A DNA stretch of 64,000 nucleotides from Diplonema japonicum (GCA_964019335.1 OZ025656.1:783692-847691), one strand, 5' to 3'. Positions 24,259 through 38,100 are shown, counted from the stretch's first letter. The notes: generated by a model from the sequence alone, not told the origin. Made by a program: numbers and translations.

Positions 24259-24435
24259 ATGACGTGCGAGGGGACGACAACAGCAAAGGATCTCCAAGCC
24301 TGCAAGGGTCTCTATGATGTGCACGCCCTTGTGAAGGAGAGGGGCACGGCTGCACAGGCGAAGTACGTGTCTGGCCTTTACAATAACGCACATTGTGAGA
24401 ACTACGGGCTGCCGCAGCTCCCTGCAAAGGAGTGA
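24259..24435 (+). CDS. Small hypothetical protein (58 aa)
   Basis: ATG directly after gttacag acceptor; codon usage like neighbouring genes. Confidence 0.5.
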   Translation: MTCEGTTTAKDLQACKGLYDVHALVKERGTAAQAKYVSGLYNNAHCENYGLPQLPAKE

Positions 24436-24515
24436 TACACAAGAGAGGAGTGAGCCTTTACTTTGAATATTTTTGCTCTATTTTTTAGCAACAGCACAGC
24501 TATATCATCATCAAG

Positions 24516-25166
24516 ATGGAAACACCAGCACCTGAGGTTAAGGCGGCTGAGGTTGTTGTTGTTGAGGAAGTGAAGACAGAGGAGAAGAGGGAAAGACATA
24601 GGGCAGTAGTGACAAGGATCGGGACGGAGCCACTCCTGGCCATCGAAGGGTTGGGTGAGTTCAGGTTTGCGTACCGCAATGTGAAGAAGAAGCCCGGTGA
24701 GACAAGGCCGTACCTGAACGTAGGTGACGAGGTTGAGTGCAGGTTGACGAAGGCTGCCGTGCCTAAAGCAGTGTCCGTGCGTGTTGTGAAAAAGACACAG
24801 CCCGTGAACACGTACGTACACAACCCTTACGAGGTGACAGTCCCTGAGAACCCTTCTCTGTTTGACTTCCTTGGTGGTGCTGACGGTATTGACGCGATGG
24901 TCGAATCGGTATGCCTGCTTCCTGTCTACCACAGTACACGACAGGCTTTTGACGTTTGCGTGGATGCAGCATGCAAGACCGCTGACGACTTCATCACGGA
25001 GTACGAAGAGGAGTCCTTCTACCCTACCAAGAACGTTGCCGATGACTCCTACGACTGCTACACAAGGTATGGCACGGTCATCTCCCAACGTCGCCTCCTC
25101 AGGTACAACGACGAGGACGTGATAATACTGAGACAGAGAAGCCACTCTGCACCTCCTGTTTACTAA
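24516..25166 (+). CDS. Hypothetical protein with OB/cold-shock-like fold and acidic tail
   Basis: F.Y.NV...YLNVGDEVECRL....KAVSVRVV resembles a CSD/OB barrel. Probable in-frame introns 24909-24944 and 25067-25102. Confidence 0.6.
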   Translation: METPAPEVKAAEVVVVEEVKTEEKRERHRAVVTRIGTEPLLAIEGLGEFRFAYRNVKKKPGETRPYLNVGDEVECRLTKAAVPKAVSVRVVKKTQPVNTYVHNPYEVTVPENPSLFDFLGGADGIDAMVESVCLLPVYHSTRQAFDVCVDAACKTADDFITEYEEESFYPTKNVADDSYDCYTRYGTVISQRRLLRYNDEDVIILRQRSHSAPPVY

Positions 25167-25788
25167 ACCTTTACTTTCTTCCCTTAGACCTGGTGTTCCA
25201 TATCTCCCTTGAATGGAGTCTTCCGTTCTGTGTCTCGAACGGATGCCTTTTTTTTAAATATATATTTTTGGGTTGTTAGAAGTCAATTAAGAAAGAAATA
25301 GAAGAAACTTTGTTTCCTCCCTCTCACCCGCCCTTCCCATTTTTTTTTCCAAGCAAGGCTGACTCTTTAGGGGGTGTTGCTGTGGGGGTTGTGCGTGCCT
25401 CCGCTTCAAAGAGTTAGAAGTGTTTGTTCTCGCGCGTTGCGTGATATTTGTTTTGTGTTTTTTTTTTTTCTATTCTCTCCCCCTTTTCTTCCTTTCTCTC
25501 TTTATTTTCCACTTTTTTCTTTCCTTGGGTGCCTCTCTAGTTTTCTAGTATGCCATCTGGCACCTTGCGTACCTCGCAGAGACCACGCACCCTCTTCAAG
25601 CAAGGAGCCAATGGCTAGAGTGCCTTTTACCTACTGCTCGCCACAGGTTCCCCTTTGGCCAGCTGTCGGATCGTGTCCGACACTTTACAGAAAAAGCTTC
25701 CCCTCAAAAAAGGAAGGAGCGAAAGAATGAGAAGGTTAAGATGCCACAACATGAGCAGGGGGACATCGCAAAAAAAAAAAAGAAGAAG

Positions 25789-25817
25789 ATAATAAATAAA
25801 TAAATAAATAAATAAAT
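25789..25817. repeat. (AAAT)n microsatellite in a long low-complexity intergenic region
   Basis: About 7 copies of taaa. Confidence 0.85.
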
Positions 25818-26154
25818 ATAAAGAACGAATGAACAAGGAGCCCTCGGGGGCTCTTTTTGTTGTTTGGAAAAAACGGCTCGTTGCGTGTGATGAGTCAAAA
25901 GAAAATGAAACAAGAAAGATATTTGAAGAAATCGCCATGCAAGCTGCGAACGGTGCCCAACATGTTAGCACACGGTTTGGTTTTCCTCCCTACTTCTTGC
26001 TGCCTATACGTGTCGCGAAGTCCTAACAGGGCCTCGTTTACTCCCCAGGCGCAGAACAACTACTGACAACCGAGAAATAAAAAAAAGTGAAAAGGAAGTC
26101 TCCATTATTTTTTATCAATTTTTTTCTTTGTATTGTACCCAACTCCGCATAGGG

Positions 26155-29100
26155 ATGCACACCGAGCACATGGAATCTGTACTTGCTGCGTCGCGTGATG
26201 ACGTCAGTAACATCACCGCAGCGATTGACTCAGCAGGGGATTCATGGAACCCACACAACTTGTGCGACATGGCGAAATTTCTTCTGAGGGACGGGCTGGA
26301 GGAGTACCCGGCTGCGCTGACGGAGAGGAAGGGTGTGTGTGGAAAGACATGGGACAACAGCCTTGCTGTGAAGTGCACGACATGCCAAGCAGACGCCAAC
26401 TGTGCTCTCTGTGTGGAATGCTTCGACGAGACGCTGCACGTTGGCCACGACTGGCGCATGATCCAGTCAGGAGGGGGGATGTGTGACTGCGGCGACGCGA
26501 CGGCATGGGATCCCAAGGGCTTCTGCAAGCAGCACCGTGGCATCAAAGAAGACGAAGATCCCAGAGACGGTGTCCCTCTCGAAGTGTCGTGCAGAGCAAC
26601 CTGCGTGGTAGCAGGCCTCATGTCTGTTTTGAAAAGGTCGTGCATGTGCGCTGTCTCAGACGACGCAACACTGTTTGATAAAGCGGGCGGTGCCGTAAAG
26701 GTGATCGTCGTGGTGTCTAAGTGCCTTACCTTCATTGCGTCTTTGGGCAGTGCCACAGCGAGGATCGTGGCAGAGTTGCTATGCGAAGGCATGTTGACAA
26801 AGGACCACGAGGACAGCCCCCATTTCTGGCTAATGAAGATTGCGTTTTCGAATTACGACAAGCTGGGTAGCAAGTTCCCCTCTATCATGAAGGACTTCTA
26901 TATGACATTGATGCCTGACTTCCACATGAGGAAAATGTTTGCCTTGGGCTACTCGCGCAATCTGCAGCAAGCACATGGGTACAGTGGAAGCTGGTGCGAA
27001 GCGCTGTCTGTGCAGTTCCTCACAGTCCCGTCTATTGTCAACCAGTTCCAGAAGCCCGACCCCTCGATTTTGAGCCCTGGGTTATTCCACTCTATCAGCC
27101 AGGGCATCATAGTGTATTTGAAGGAGTTGTTGAGGGGCATTGATGGCTACCAAGGGATAAGGTTTGAAGTGGAAGGTCTGCAGACATCAGAGAAACTATC
27201 CTTGTCGAGCGATAGGAGTAGCAGCAATGCCATGAGCAAGTGTTGGCAGCTCATCTGCGACTTTGTGATGTGTCTGCGGTCAGACATCAAGCACTCATGG
27301 TACTGTTGCAATGAAAAGATAATCTTAGACAGATTCTTGTATCATATGCTCGTGCTCCAGCAGTCTTTATCCTGCCATCGTGTGGACGCAGACATGTTCG
27401 AGCCCACTTGCATCAGACACGAGCTGAAGTGCTGCTCTGTGTCAGAACGATTAGCGGAGGGTGTCGTCTTGGTACCTGACGTTTCAGATGTAAAAAAGCT
27501 CACGGGTGAAGTGGTGCGTTTCTTGGATGCGTTCTTGTCGAATGCTCTGCTGCACCGACCAATCGAGGCGGGTCTACCATGGCTGCATGAGAACAACATC
27601 TATGAATGCAAAGAACACGGTGTTTTCTTCCAGCTCCCGCTGCACAGATTCATGACCAACATCGTGCACCGCGTGGTGCAGCAGCAACCGACGTTGGACG
27701 TCAAAGAATACCTGCCGGAGGACTTTGTCAAAAACTGCCATAACTACATGGAGCCTATCATCACTGTGAAACTAGCGACAGCGCAAGTGTTGGCCGGGAT
27801 GTGGAGAAGAAACCACATGGGCATAGAATACCAAGCCGATTGGTACAGCATCCCTAACTTCCAGCCTTATTTCCTCATTCCTGACCTCTTCTTTTTGCAG
27901 CTTGGAACGGTTCTCGGACCCACTGCCATGGCAGTCCATCTTGCGCACCGCTTTAGCGCCCACCAGCCTCTGGTATGAAACATGTATTCGCTACCCTTTA
28001 TACATTATATTTCATCACTCACAGCTGCCGCCCGACGAAGAAGCACGTGAATATGAGGTGCTCGGTTCTTTCCTGAGACTTGTCTTAGTGCTCGCCACAG
28101 ATAGAACGCGCTCTGCACCCCGCCCTCAGGAGGTATGCTCTTGGCACATGCTAAATCATTCTCAGAAGAAATGGCTCTACTACCGTGTCATCCATACCCT
28201 GGCTCAGGGCCCGAAGAAGTTCTCGGAGCTCGTCCAAGCCCACAGCTCAGAGGAAGAAGAAGATGAGCCAACTAATTTACTTGAAGCTTTACTCAAGGAA
28301 TGTGCTAGCTCTGTTGACGGCATTGAAGGGAGGCAGTTCACATTGAAGAAGGAGTGCTGGACAGATGTGAACCCTTATGAGATCGGCTGGGCAGAGACGA
28401 CAACTACCAAAGCCGATGCGGAGTTTGCGAAGATTAAGAGTGGGAGAACTTTTGTGCCTCTACAAAAGCCGGTGCCTACTTTCCCTAGCATTTCGCCTAT
28501 CCTTGGCATCTTACACAACGAGGTGACACTTTCTATTGCGGTAGCTGCCATATCGTGCATGAATGAAAACATTGTGAGGAAGTCCCTAGACATTATCCTG
28601 CTAGCCCTACGTACTAGGGACGAGTACAAAGCAGCCTGGAGCATTGCTGCTAAACCTGAGCAAAGGTTTTACGCTTGTAAGCGAACCATGGATGGAGTTG
28701 ATGTTCTTATCCCGAAGGTTTTGCAATGGGAGGTATGCTAAGGTAGGCTGTTAGCAAACACATACAGAATAATGGTGAGCCTCCCAACGTGCCCAAGCTG
28801 TTGACCACACCTTGCAACGAGATGATGCCCCTGGAGCACGTTTTGAAGGTGCTGAAGGCTCCTAACCTGAAGGATTTGCACCCTGCGGCAAGGGACATTA
28901 TTTCTGAGATGCGTGGTTGCGACGAGGAGTTTGTGAAGCTGATTGATGAGCTGAGTGAAACGCTCCCCAATGGAGGGGGTGCCTGTGAAATAAAGGCACG
29001 GAAGGCAAAGGGCAAGGCAAAGCAGAAAGCAATGCTTAGCAAGATGCAGCAGCAGCACGCGGCACTTGAGTTCCAGTTCTCTGACGACGAGAATGAAGAC

Positions 29101-31245
29101 GCAAGCGAGGAAGGAGAAGTGAGGGAATCACTCCACCGTGATCTCGACTTCGGCTGGATGGAGGATTCGACCTGCTGCCTGTGCAACATGGTATGAATCG
29201 CTCACCTAAAACTTTAACAGGTTGAGTCACCGCACAACAACACGGATATTGGTCTTGTCGCCTTGACATCGAAGGGGAACGCGCTGTCTAAATGCTTCAG
29301 TGCCGTAAACGACTCGCCACCCAGCAAGAAGCAGAGGTACGAAGAGGAAGGTGATCAGGGCAATGAATTCTGCTCTCCGATGAACGGCGACAAGGGTCAC
29401 ACCATCGTTCACACATGCGGACACTTTGTTCATTTTGACTGCCTTGATAGCCATATTAAGCACATCAGGCACTCTGCCGACATTGCGGTGCTGCTTAATC
29501 GTGACACCTTCAAAGGCATTGATGTTTTGGATTTAAGGCTCAGCGAGTACTTGTGCCCTCTCTGCAGCAGGATCTGCAATACATTGTGCCCTGTATGTAC
29601 GCTTTCACGCCACATACAATACAGATCATCGGAACTCAAGAGGGCAATAAGACTTCAAAGCTACAGCGATGGGAGAAGTTCCCCTCCCTCCTCACTCAGA
29701 AGCCAGCTGAGGTATGACACTATCTCAGGACACACTTGCAGGAGGACCTAAGTAGGGACGAAGGGGAGCTGGAGGAGTTGTTCAACGAGATTAGCAGCGA
29801 CGTCGAGCTGTGCGGCGAGGAGCGCAGGCTGCCGCATGATGATGCTGCCTTTATCCACCGAATTGAGACCTTCAAGAAGAACTTGTGTGAAGCACAATTC
29901 AAGAAGGATAAGGCTGTGAGGACGGGGTCACCCATGGTGCTGTGGGCACAACAGGTCGCTATCACTGAGATCGCGGGAAGGTTTGAAGCGGCGGACACTG
30001 TCATCCCTATGAAGTATGCACCAAGAGTTATATGAATTGTTTCAGGAAGCTTGCTTCTCTGCGCTGCCAACTGAAGGCACTGCTCACAGTCCAGCAGGTA
30101 TGCATTCCTATTGGTAATCGTCACACATGACAGTACGAGGTGACGTCCCAGAGAGCTTTTAGGTCTCTGCTCCACATAGCAAGCGATGAAGAACCCGATG
30201 TCCAGCCTCTCTTGGTATGCAACTGATGACATAGCCCATGGCACATAAACAGGCCTCTGACGTATTTGGGATTTGGGTGCAAACAACGATTAACGTGTCT
30301 CTGCGCAACGAAGACATCAAGCATGCTGGCCACCGATTCCTCTTAAGAAGGGCTGTCGAAGCTCAGCTTGTTGCGTTGATTCTAAGGCTGCTCGCAGCTG
30401 GCTATGAGATTGAAAACAAGGTGATCTCAGTTATTGTGCTTTCACTTGCCTCGTACTTGCCGAGAGGGCAGAAGAAGAAGAAACCTGATTTTGATGTGAT
30501 TCTGTACTTGGCAAAGGAAATGAGTGTCTTCTTGTCTTGGATGGTGATCGCTGACTATGCTATAACGGCACCCTTGGCTGCGGAGAACCTTATCCTCCCC
30601 AGCTACGATAAGCCTGAGGAGTCCATGAAGATCGTCGCCTCGCTGTTGCTGGACGAGCGTTATGGCTCTGTGGAAGGCATCGCCAAGATTCTGGTGTCGC
30701 GTGAAGGGGATCTTGGGACACTTGATGGATGGGCAAGCTGCTTGGAGCACAGGCAGGTGGGTATCCCGGCACCATACTTCAGCCACTTATTGCCAAGACT
30801 CATCGACCTCCCCAGCGACTACGTCGCTTTGATAAACAAGTACCACAACGCAACGGGCAAGTGTGGTAATGTTCCTTCCAAGCCTGTCCTCTGTCTTAGT
30901 TGTGGAGAGCTGGTGTGTGCTAGCGGAAAGTGCTGTAGTAGAGGTTCCGATGGACCCGGTACAGCGCACGCGCGACAATGCGGAATGGGCCAGAGCTTAT
31001 TCCTTGAGATCAAAAGCACGAAGCTTATTGCAGTTGACATCCCACGCAAGTGCGTGATACCCTCTGTTTATACAGACTCTTATGGTGAGGATGACCCAGA
31101 TCTGGAACGAGGTCGCCCTTTGTTCTTGAACCAGGCCCGACTGGACCGCATCACCCGCATTGCTTCGTTGGGAATGTATGGTTTTGACACATCAATTATT
31201 GAGACCACGACGGTGAATAAGTCGGGGGAGTTTAGCGATTTCTGA
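26155..31245 (+). CDS. UBR1: UBR1/UBR2/UBR3-type N-recognin E3 ubiquitin ligase
   Basis: UBR box VCGKTW...CTTC.AD..CALCVECF...HVGH...GGMCDCGD..AW...GFCKQH; winged helix; split RING-H2 (CCLC...TCGHFVHFDC...CPLC); C-terminal CLSCGELVC...Y.D.YGEDD..L.RGRPL.L. About 9 short introns. Confidence 0.93.
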
Positions 31246-31327
31246 TTTATTTTTTTAGCTATTTATTATATTTCGTGAGGTAGGGCTTGTTGGATGACAG
31301 TTCTTACAGATGTAACATATTGAAAAA

Positions 31328-34300
31328 ATGGAATTAGAAAAGAGAGACCTGGATGTGCGATGCGAGGACGAGATCAGCAGGTTGCGTGACACTGTCAGGC
31401 AGCTGAAGGAGCGAGAAGCTGACGATGTGGCGGCATTCAAAATGAGCACTCAGCGCAGTCTTGAAGCGAAGAATGCCGAGATACACGACCTGCAGAACAG
31501 AATCGACGAGTTGTCCCTCGAGAACGGTGAGCTCCGCATCCAGCTTAAGAGGGCGCTGGAAAATGAGTCGGAGTGCAAAAAGGAATGTGAGCGGAGGAGC
31601 CATGTTATTTCGTGCCAAAGGTCAACAATGGCAAAGTTTGGGAAGCAGGCACAAGAGAACAGGGTGTCGCAGTCACACAGCTTCATGCAAGACGCGATGT
31701 TCATGCGCGCACTCCGAGCACGAGTTGGTGAGCTGCAGAAGGTAAGCGACAGTATTGAAGCGTCTCTCGACAGCAAGAACTGGTTGCTTGTTGCTGACAA
31801 TCCCTATGAAGACGAGGCGGTAGGGGGCATTTGTCCTGAGTGCACGACCGCGGGGTGTCAGCCAGACCCCGTGGGCATTGGGCACAGCGTGAAGGTTGTC
31901 ATCATCACCAGGAATGCAGAAGGGATGCCGTGCCGTGGGGCATCAGTAAGAGATTTTGAGATCGCGACTGTAGGCACCATCACTGATGTGTCAGCCGTCC
32001 ATGGATCGAGGTCGTGCTTTGCACTCTCTTTTATCCCCAGGGAGGTAGGCAGGTGCGGCATCATTGTGACATATAGAGGACACTCTGTCACGTGCACGAC
32101 GTCAAGTGTGGCAACAAGTGAACCATTTGACAGCAAACAGACAGCTATCATGCTCTCGCCCAACCCCGTGCAGTCAGGTGTGCAGGTGACGGGGACAGTA
32201 ATTACTAAGAATGCGCAGGGTCTTGTCATACCATCTCCGCACCCTTCAGAGTTTTCCGCCGTGGCACTAGGCAACGCGACTATGTTGTCGCCGCTCAGAC
32301 AATGTGAGGAATGCCCTTCTCAGTTGACGTTCACATTCGTTCCGAATGAGGTGGGTAGGAGCGGTGTTGCTCTTAGCTACGGTGACGTTTCGAAGACAGC
32401 AGCAGTAGAAGTGGTCGACGTTCTCACGCCAGCCATCAGCACGATGCACACTGTTCTGAGCTGCTCCCCTAACCCCGCAAAAATAGATGAGGAAGTGACA
32501 GTCTTCCTCACAACGCGGTCAGCATCGGGTGTACCCACGGCTGGTGCATCGATAGAAGACTTGAGGAATCTGCGCCCGGTGGGTGGTGCCTCTCATCTGC
32601 AGCCTTTTGAAGCAGTTTCGCCGTCTACTTTCAAAACAACGTTTATCGCGAGAAAGGTATTTAACACCATTCATAACCACTACTTAGGCTGGTGCATCGG
32701 GCATTGCTGTGTCCTTTATGGGTCTCACGTTATATGCTACTACTATGGCGGTGACTGGCCCAGAGAGCATCGATCTGTCGAAGACATCGATGTCTTGCAG
32801 CCAGCGAGATGTGTCAGTTGACTTTCCTGTCGACATTCTCATCACGTCGCGAGACAAATGGGGTGCACCCTTCCCCTGTAAGAACGAGGCGGCCTGGAGC
32901 CTGTCGGCAGAGGTACAATAATGCAAGCCATTATTTACAATAACACAGGAGCCGTCACTCGAGATCATATCTATGGAAAAGATCGGGTGCTGCACTATGA
33001 AAGGCCAACTACGGCCCAAGGTGCCTGGCCGTCACACTGTGGAACTCTTGAACTGTAACGATGAGGTGACGAAGCTGACATTGGATGTTCTTCCCAAGCA
33101 GCTGTGGGATGTACGCCACACCAGACTCCTGGTGCGCAAAGATGTAGGATATGATGTGACGCAGCAGTCCAGCGCTGTTGCACAAGGCGAACCGCTAGAG
33201 GTGGTTTCCGAACTTGAGACAGCCTTGCTAGTATGATGCCGTCATTATTGTTACTATCACAGGTGATCACAACATTCTCGCAGGCTGGCCTTCCTGCTAT
33301 TGGTCCCCCTGCTTCTGCTATCAGCATAACGGGAGCGGTGGCAAGTCCAGTGATTAAGGTCAGCGAAGGTGTCTATCAGAGCCACATCTCTTGCTTCCGA
33401 CCAGGTTTACTGGAGCTTCGCGTATGACATTTGAAAGCACATGAACCACACCGCAGGTGGACATGGATGGGGAAGCGATCTCGACGTCACTTCCAGTCGT
33501 GGCATCAGGTGGTCCAGCAGACCCACGCAGGACTGTTGTTGAGTGCAGGCCGGACACTGTGCTACAAGGCGACACGGTGTCAGCGCTTATCTCATTTTAC
33601 GACATAGAAGGGAATCCTGCACCAGCACCTGATACGTCACAACTCGCTCTGGAGCCCATTGGCGGCATAACAACCCTCACAAGGGTCGCACCCGCGATGG
33701 ACACAAGGCTTGGGATGTCGACACTCGAGGTATGGCTGGTGGAGGTTGTAGAATCTTTCACAGGTGGTGTTTGTCTGCGAGGAGGCTGGCCAGTCAGGTC
33801 TCGTTGTGAGACATGACAACCACTCTGTGGAATCGTACACCACAGTCTGCACGACGGATTCCCTTGATTCAGGACCGTGCTGTTTGGTATGAATCTTTCT
33901 ACATCATGCACGCACACAGAGCACAACCGACATATCTCTTTCCCCTAACCCTGTCCGCCCTGGGCATCAGGTGCAGTGCTTGATCACAATACGCGACTAC
34001 CGGAGTGCCCCTCTGCACAGCGTGATCATGGAGCCTATCAGCATCGTACTAAGACCTTTGGTAAACACAGCACGTGTCTCAACGAAGGTATGCCCCAAGC
34101 ATATCTTCAATATTTGACTAAAGGTACAAGCTGTACCCGGTGCATCCAACACATGGATAGCGTCATTCACTGCGGGTGACGACCCTGGTGAAACAGGTGT
34201 TGCTGTGGAGGTGAACGGCTACGTAGTCGTGGCAACTACCACAGGTGTGACAACGTTAGGCATGCATGAAATCCACAGTTGAGGAAGAGCTCTTTGATGG

Positions 34301-35098
34301 CTTAGATGATGAACTACAGCGTTTGCGAGAGCTCACAAACAGGCTGTACGACGACACGGAAAGGGACTTGAATGCAACAAACGCATCGAGCTTGCAGAAT
34401 GCCTCGATGGTATGCGTTTTGAAAAAAGCAATACACTTATTTGCTAGGACACGACTGCACGCGTTGCACAAGAACAATTGCTAGAAATCGAGGAGAACAG
34501 ACAGAGGCACATAGCGCAGAACCAGCAAAGGCGTGAAGCAAGGACGATGTTCCCCCACTTTGGGTTGGAGGTCACTGATAGCATCAAGTTTCATGGTAAG
34601 TATGGAGCCCGGTTTGAGTATGCCGGTGTGAAGGTTGTTGCAGTGAAAGGTGCTGCGCAGAAGGCAGGCATTGTGCCCGACGACACCATCACTATGATTG
34701 AGGGGTCGTCAGTAGTTTTCTTGTCCGACATAAAAGATTTACTGCGTGATTCCAAGCCAGGCGTGCCAGTGCAGCTATGTGTGCGATCTAAGTACGATAG
34801 CATCGAGAGGGGCATTTCGATTGTGCCTGATAAGTCCCCAGTGCCGACTGACCAGCGGATGGGGTACACAAGGCGCGTGAAGGTGAACCCTGTGGAAATG
34901 GGGCTTCCGGCAGAAACACCTTCACTTCCGCGCGTAGCCAGCATGGCTGACGACTCGCCAAGTAGAGGGACTAGGAGGTATATTCAAAGTAGTTATGAAC
35001 AAAACACAGCCCGTCACTTGGGACGGAGAGCAAACGAACGAATTCACCGAGGCCACGGATCCGATACGAGTAGTGTATCTCTTGTACGTTGTACTTAG
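31328..35098 (+). CDS. Coiled-coil + ~7 invasin/filamin-like Ig repeats + C-terminal PDZ protein
   Basis: Repeated T-x-L/M-x-C-x-PNP...V...IT-T-R/K-N/D-x2-G-x-P modules; PDZ GVKVVAVKGAAQKAGIVPDDTITMIEG. About 9 introns link the ORFs. Confidence 0.75.
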
Positions 35099-35136
35099 CT
35101 TTATACCTTTGCATTGACACTTCATTACCGACAGGG

Positions 35137-38100
35137 ATGGAAAGAAATAAGCCAAATGTTGCTTCCTCATACGACTCCAGCATCCTTGTATCCATAAGGA
35201 CTGGAACTAACACCTCATCCCACTGTGTAGGAACACTACACCTTAGACTTGATACAACTCTCGAGGAGGTTCGTCAACAGCTTGTGTCAATAGCGTCTAA
35301 AAAGACACGACAGAAGAGGTCTGTTGGTCCTGGTCAGGAGCTGTCAGGTGGGAACCAAATACCCAGTGCCGCTAATTCGAGTACTCAACAGGCACAGCTT
35401 GTTCTGACTCAGGAGCAGAAAGAGAAGCTTTCCCGAATACAGCTTCATGCGTTTGACTTCTGTTCCCCTTTTCAGTTTGTTAAGAGAGGTGGTGCATTGA
35501 GGATCCCGAAGGCAGCCGAGTCCAGCATAAAGATCTACGACGTTTTCCCCGTCCTACCGAATATCGGCTTCAAATTCCCCCACCCAGGTTTCCTCCTCCC
35601 TGAGGGGGTTGAACTTGTAGGCCTTCCTCCGCCTACAAAGGTCAAGAGAAAGCCCACACCGCTCAATGATTCGGAAACAGGGGATTACATCGTGTCTTTG
35701 GCATCGTTGTTTGTGAGACAGCAGAACGCTGACCACTCTGAGAAGGTCATTATGGAGAGATTGCTCATGCAGAATAACGTGTTTGGCAGGCTTCAAACAC
35801 CGCAGCAGCTGGGTACGCTGATTAGTAAGCACAATGCAAACACAAAGGACTTCTTGGGAAGATCTATTTTGCAGGAATGTTCTCAAGAAGGCAACTATTA
35901 TGTTGTAGCCTTCTTGCTGGGGTTGAGCTTCATCGACATCGAGCAGTCTGACTGGCGCGGGCAAACGGCCCTGCATTTAGCTGTTGATAGGGGCCATTTG
36001 GAAGTCGTGTCACTGCTCCTCGATGCTGGTGCCAACGTACTGGCGTCTGATGCATCCAGCAGAACGCCTCTGCATCTTGCGCTGGAGCGCAGGGCTGATG
36101 TTTTGGCCGCGAGGCTTTGTGCCAGGCTTCACGCTAATGGGATTTCACATGACACAGTCTCAAAGTACAAGGACACAAACGAGAGGTGTCCTGTTGAACT
36201 GTTCTCTCTGCTGTCACCGAGTTTCTCGGAGCTCTGTGCACTGGGACAGCTCCCTGCCTTGCGTGCTCTGTGGTCGCACTACTTGTTCGACCGGCGCCAG
36301 GTGCTCGACAAGGGAATGAACGGTCGGACATGCCTCCATGAGGCAGTGGACTCGCAACAGGCAGCTGTGGTTAGCTTCTTAATCGATGAAGTGGGGTTCC
36401 ACTCCGCGATACAAGACAATTGCATGGACGACTCGAGACGCACTCCCCTACACTTGGCATGCAAGAATGGGAATCTCCCTATTGTCAAAAGGCTGCTGAA
36501 GTATTTCGATCCTAACATTACAGACGTGAACCTTAGGACGCCCCTTCACCTTTCTTTGCTTAATAAGCATACTGAGGTTGCAGAATTCCTGCTCACAGAA
36601 ACATCTGAACTCAACGTGAACACGTTAGACATCTTGGACTTGACACCTCTTCACGTTGCTGCTGTCAACAACATGTACGGTTGCTGTGAATTGCTGTTGG
36701 AAGTTCGCGGAGCAGCTATCGCAGTCAGGGGCAGCGGTGCAGTGTTCACGACATTGAGGCAGCCTGCGGTCGAGCTGAGATCTATGAGTAAAGAGCAGAG
36801 AGCAAGATGGAGGACGAAACACTTGGGAAAAGAGAGAAGATGGCGCCTTAAAACATGGGAGATTTGCAAAGTAGACAAGAAGGGTGGCAATTTGAAGCGA
36901 AAGGTGGATTTTGAGAACGAAGGTCGTGAAGATGAGTGGATGAAAAATAAAATGAGAGTTCTCCAGCCGAAGCCAGAAGAAGAAGGAGGGCCTGACCCCG
37001 CCACGATACCTCCGCTTCCGAAGGGTTATGCTGTTCTCAACTGGGTCTCCGGGTTTGGTCATCAAGCAAACTCTGCGCATGCAGACATACGAGGCCCTGC
37101 TGAAATGTCGCGGTTCAAAAGCAAACGTTTGGGAAGTGGTTTATTCTGGCTGCGAGAAGCTAAATCCAAGTTTGTGCCCCGCGTGCCTGTGGTTGAGATA
37201 ACCTTACGTAGAAGTGAAGGCGAAGATCTTGGTTTGCAGTTTGATGATTCAAGGTATAAGTTGCTAGTATACAATAACTTACAGGGTGCTCACGAATGTG
37301 GAATCAAACACTCCTGCAGAAAAGAGTGGGCTCGGTTCTTACATCGGGTACAGACTTGTGGAGCTCAGTCAGGACATCAGTGTGACACGTGACAGGGATG
37401 ACAACCTAGGGATTGTGTGCAACGGGAACCTCATCAAGAGCGTAGAGAAGGGGAGTCGTGCCGATGCTGCCGGTCTTCTGCCTACAATGAGGATCCGTGC
37501 AGTGAAGCACCACCTGCCAGGGGAGATGACCAGGGTACCTGACTGCACAGAGGTTGTGGAGGCGGCCATCAAGGCTGCACCGCTGTCAACTCCTTTTACG
37601 ATCACGGTCTCTATGGCAGTTGATGATACAGAGGTCTTGTCAGATGTGGCAGGACTCCTCATAGGCCTGCAGTTTGACCTACCAGACAAGCAGCGCCGCA
37701 CTCATCCTAGGCACAAATTGCTCGCAGGCAGTTATATTAGCGGCAACGCACTAAGCTTCGCAGTTTCTGCATCAAATAGGACATACAAGCCGATGGTCGA
37801 GCTTCTGATGAAGCACGGTGGGCTCCAGGCTACCGACGACACGGACACTGTCATCAAGATTGTAACGCGACTGTTGGACGACAAGCACATGGACCTGGCA
37901 TCGCGTGTCATCCACCATACTCCTGAGGCGAAGAGCAGGCTTCTTATTTCATATATCAAGCGAGGGGAACACGATGTGGTGAGGTGGTTGGTGGACTCTG
38001 GATGTGATGTCAACATCGGCGACCCACTCCCGCTCGCAGCAGCAGCAAAGCAAGGCGACAGCCGAACGATAGCATTTCTTCTGGACAGAGGTGCTAACAC

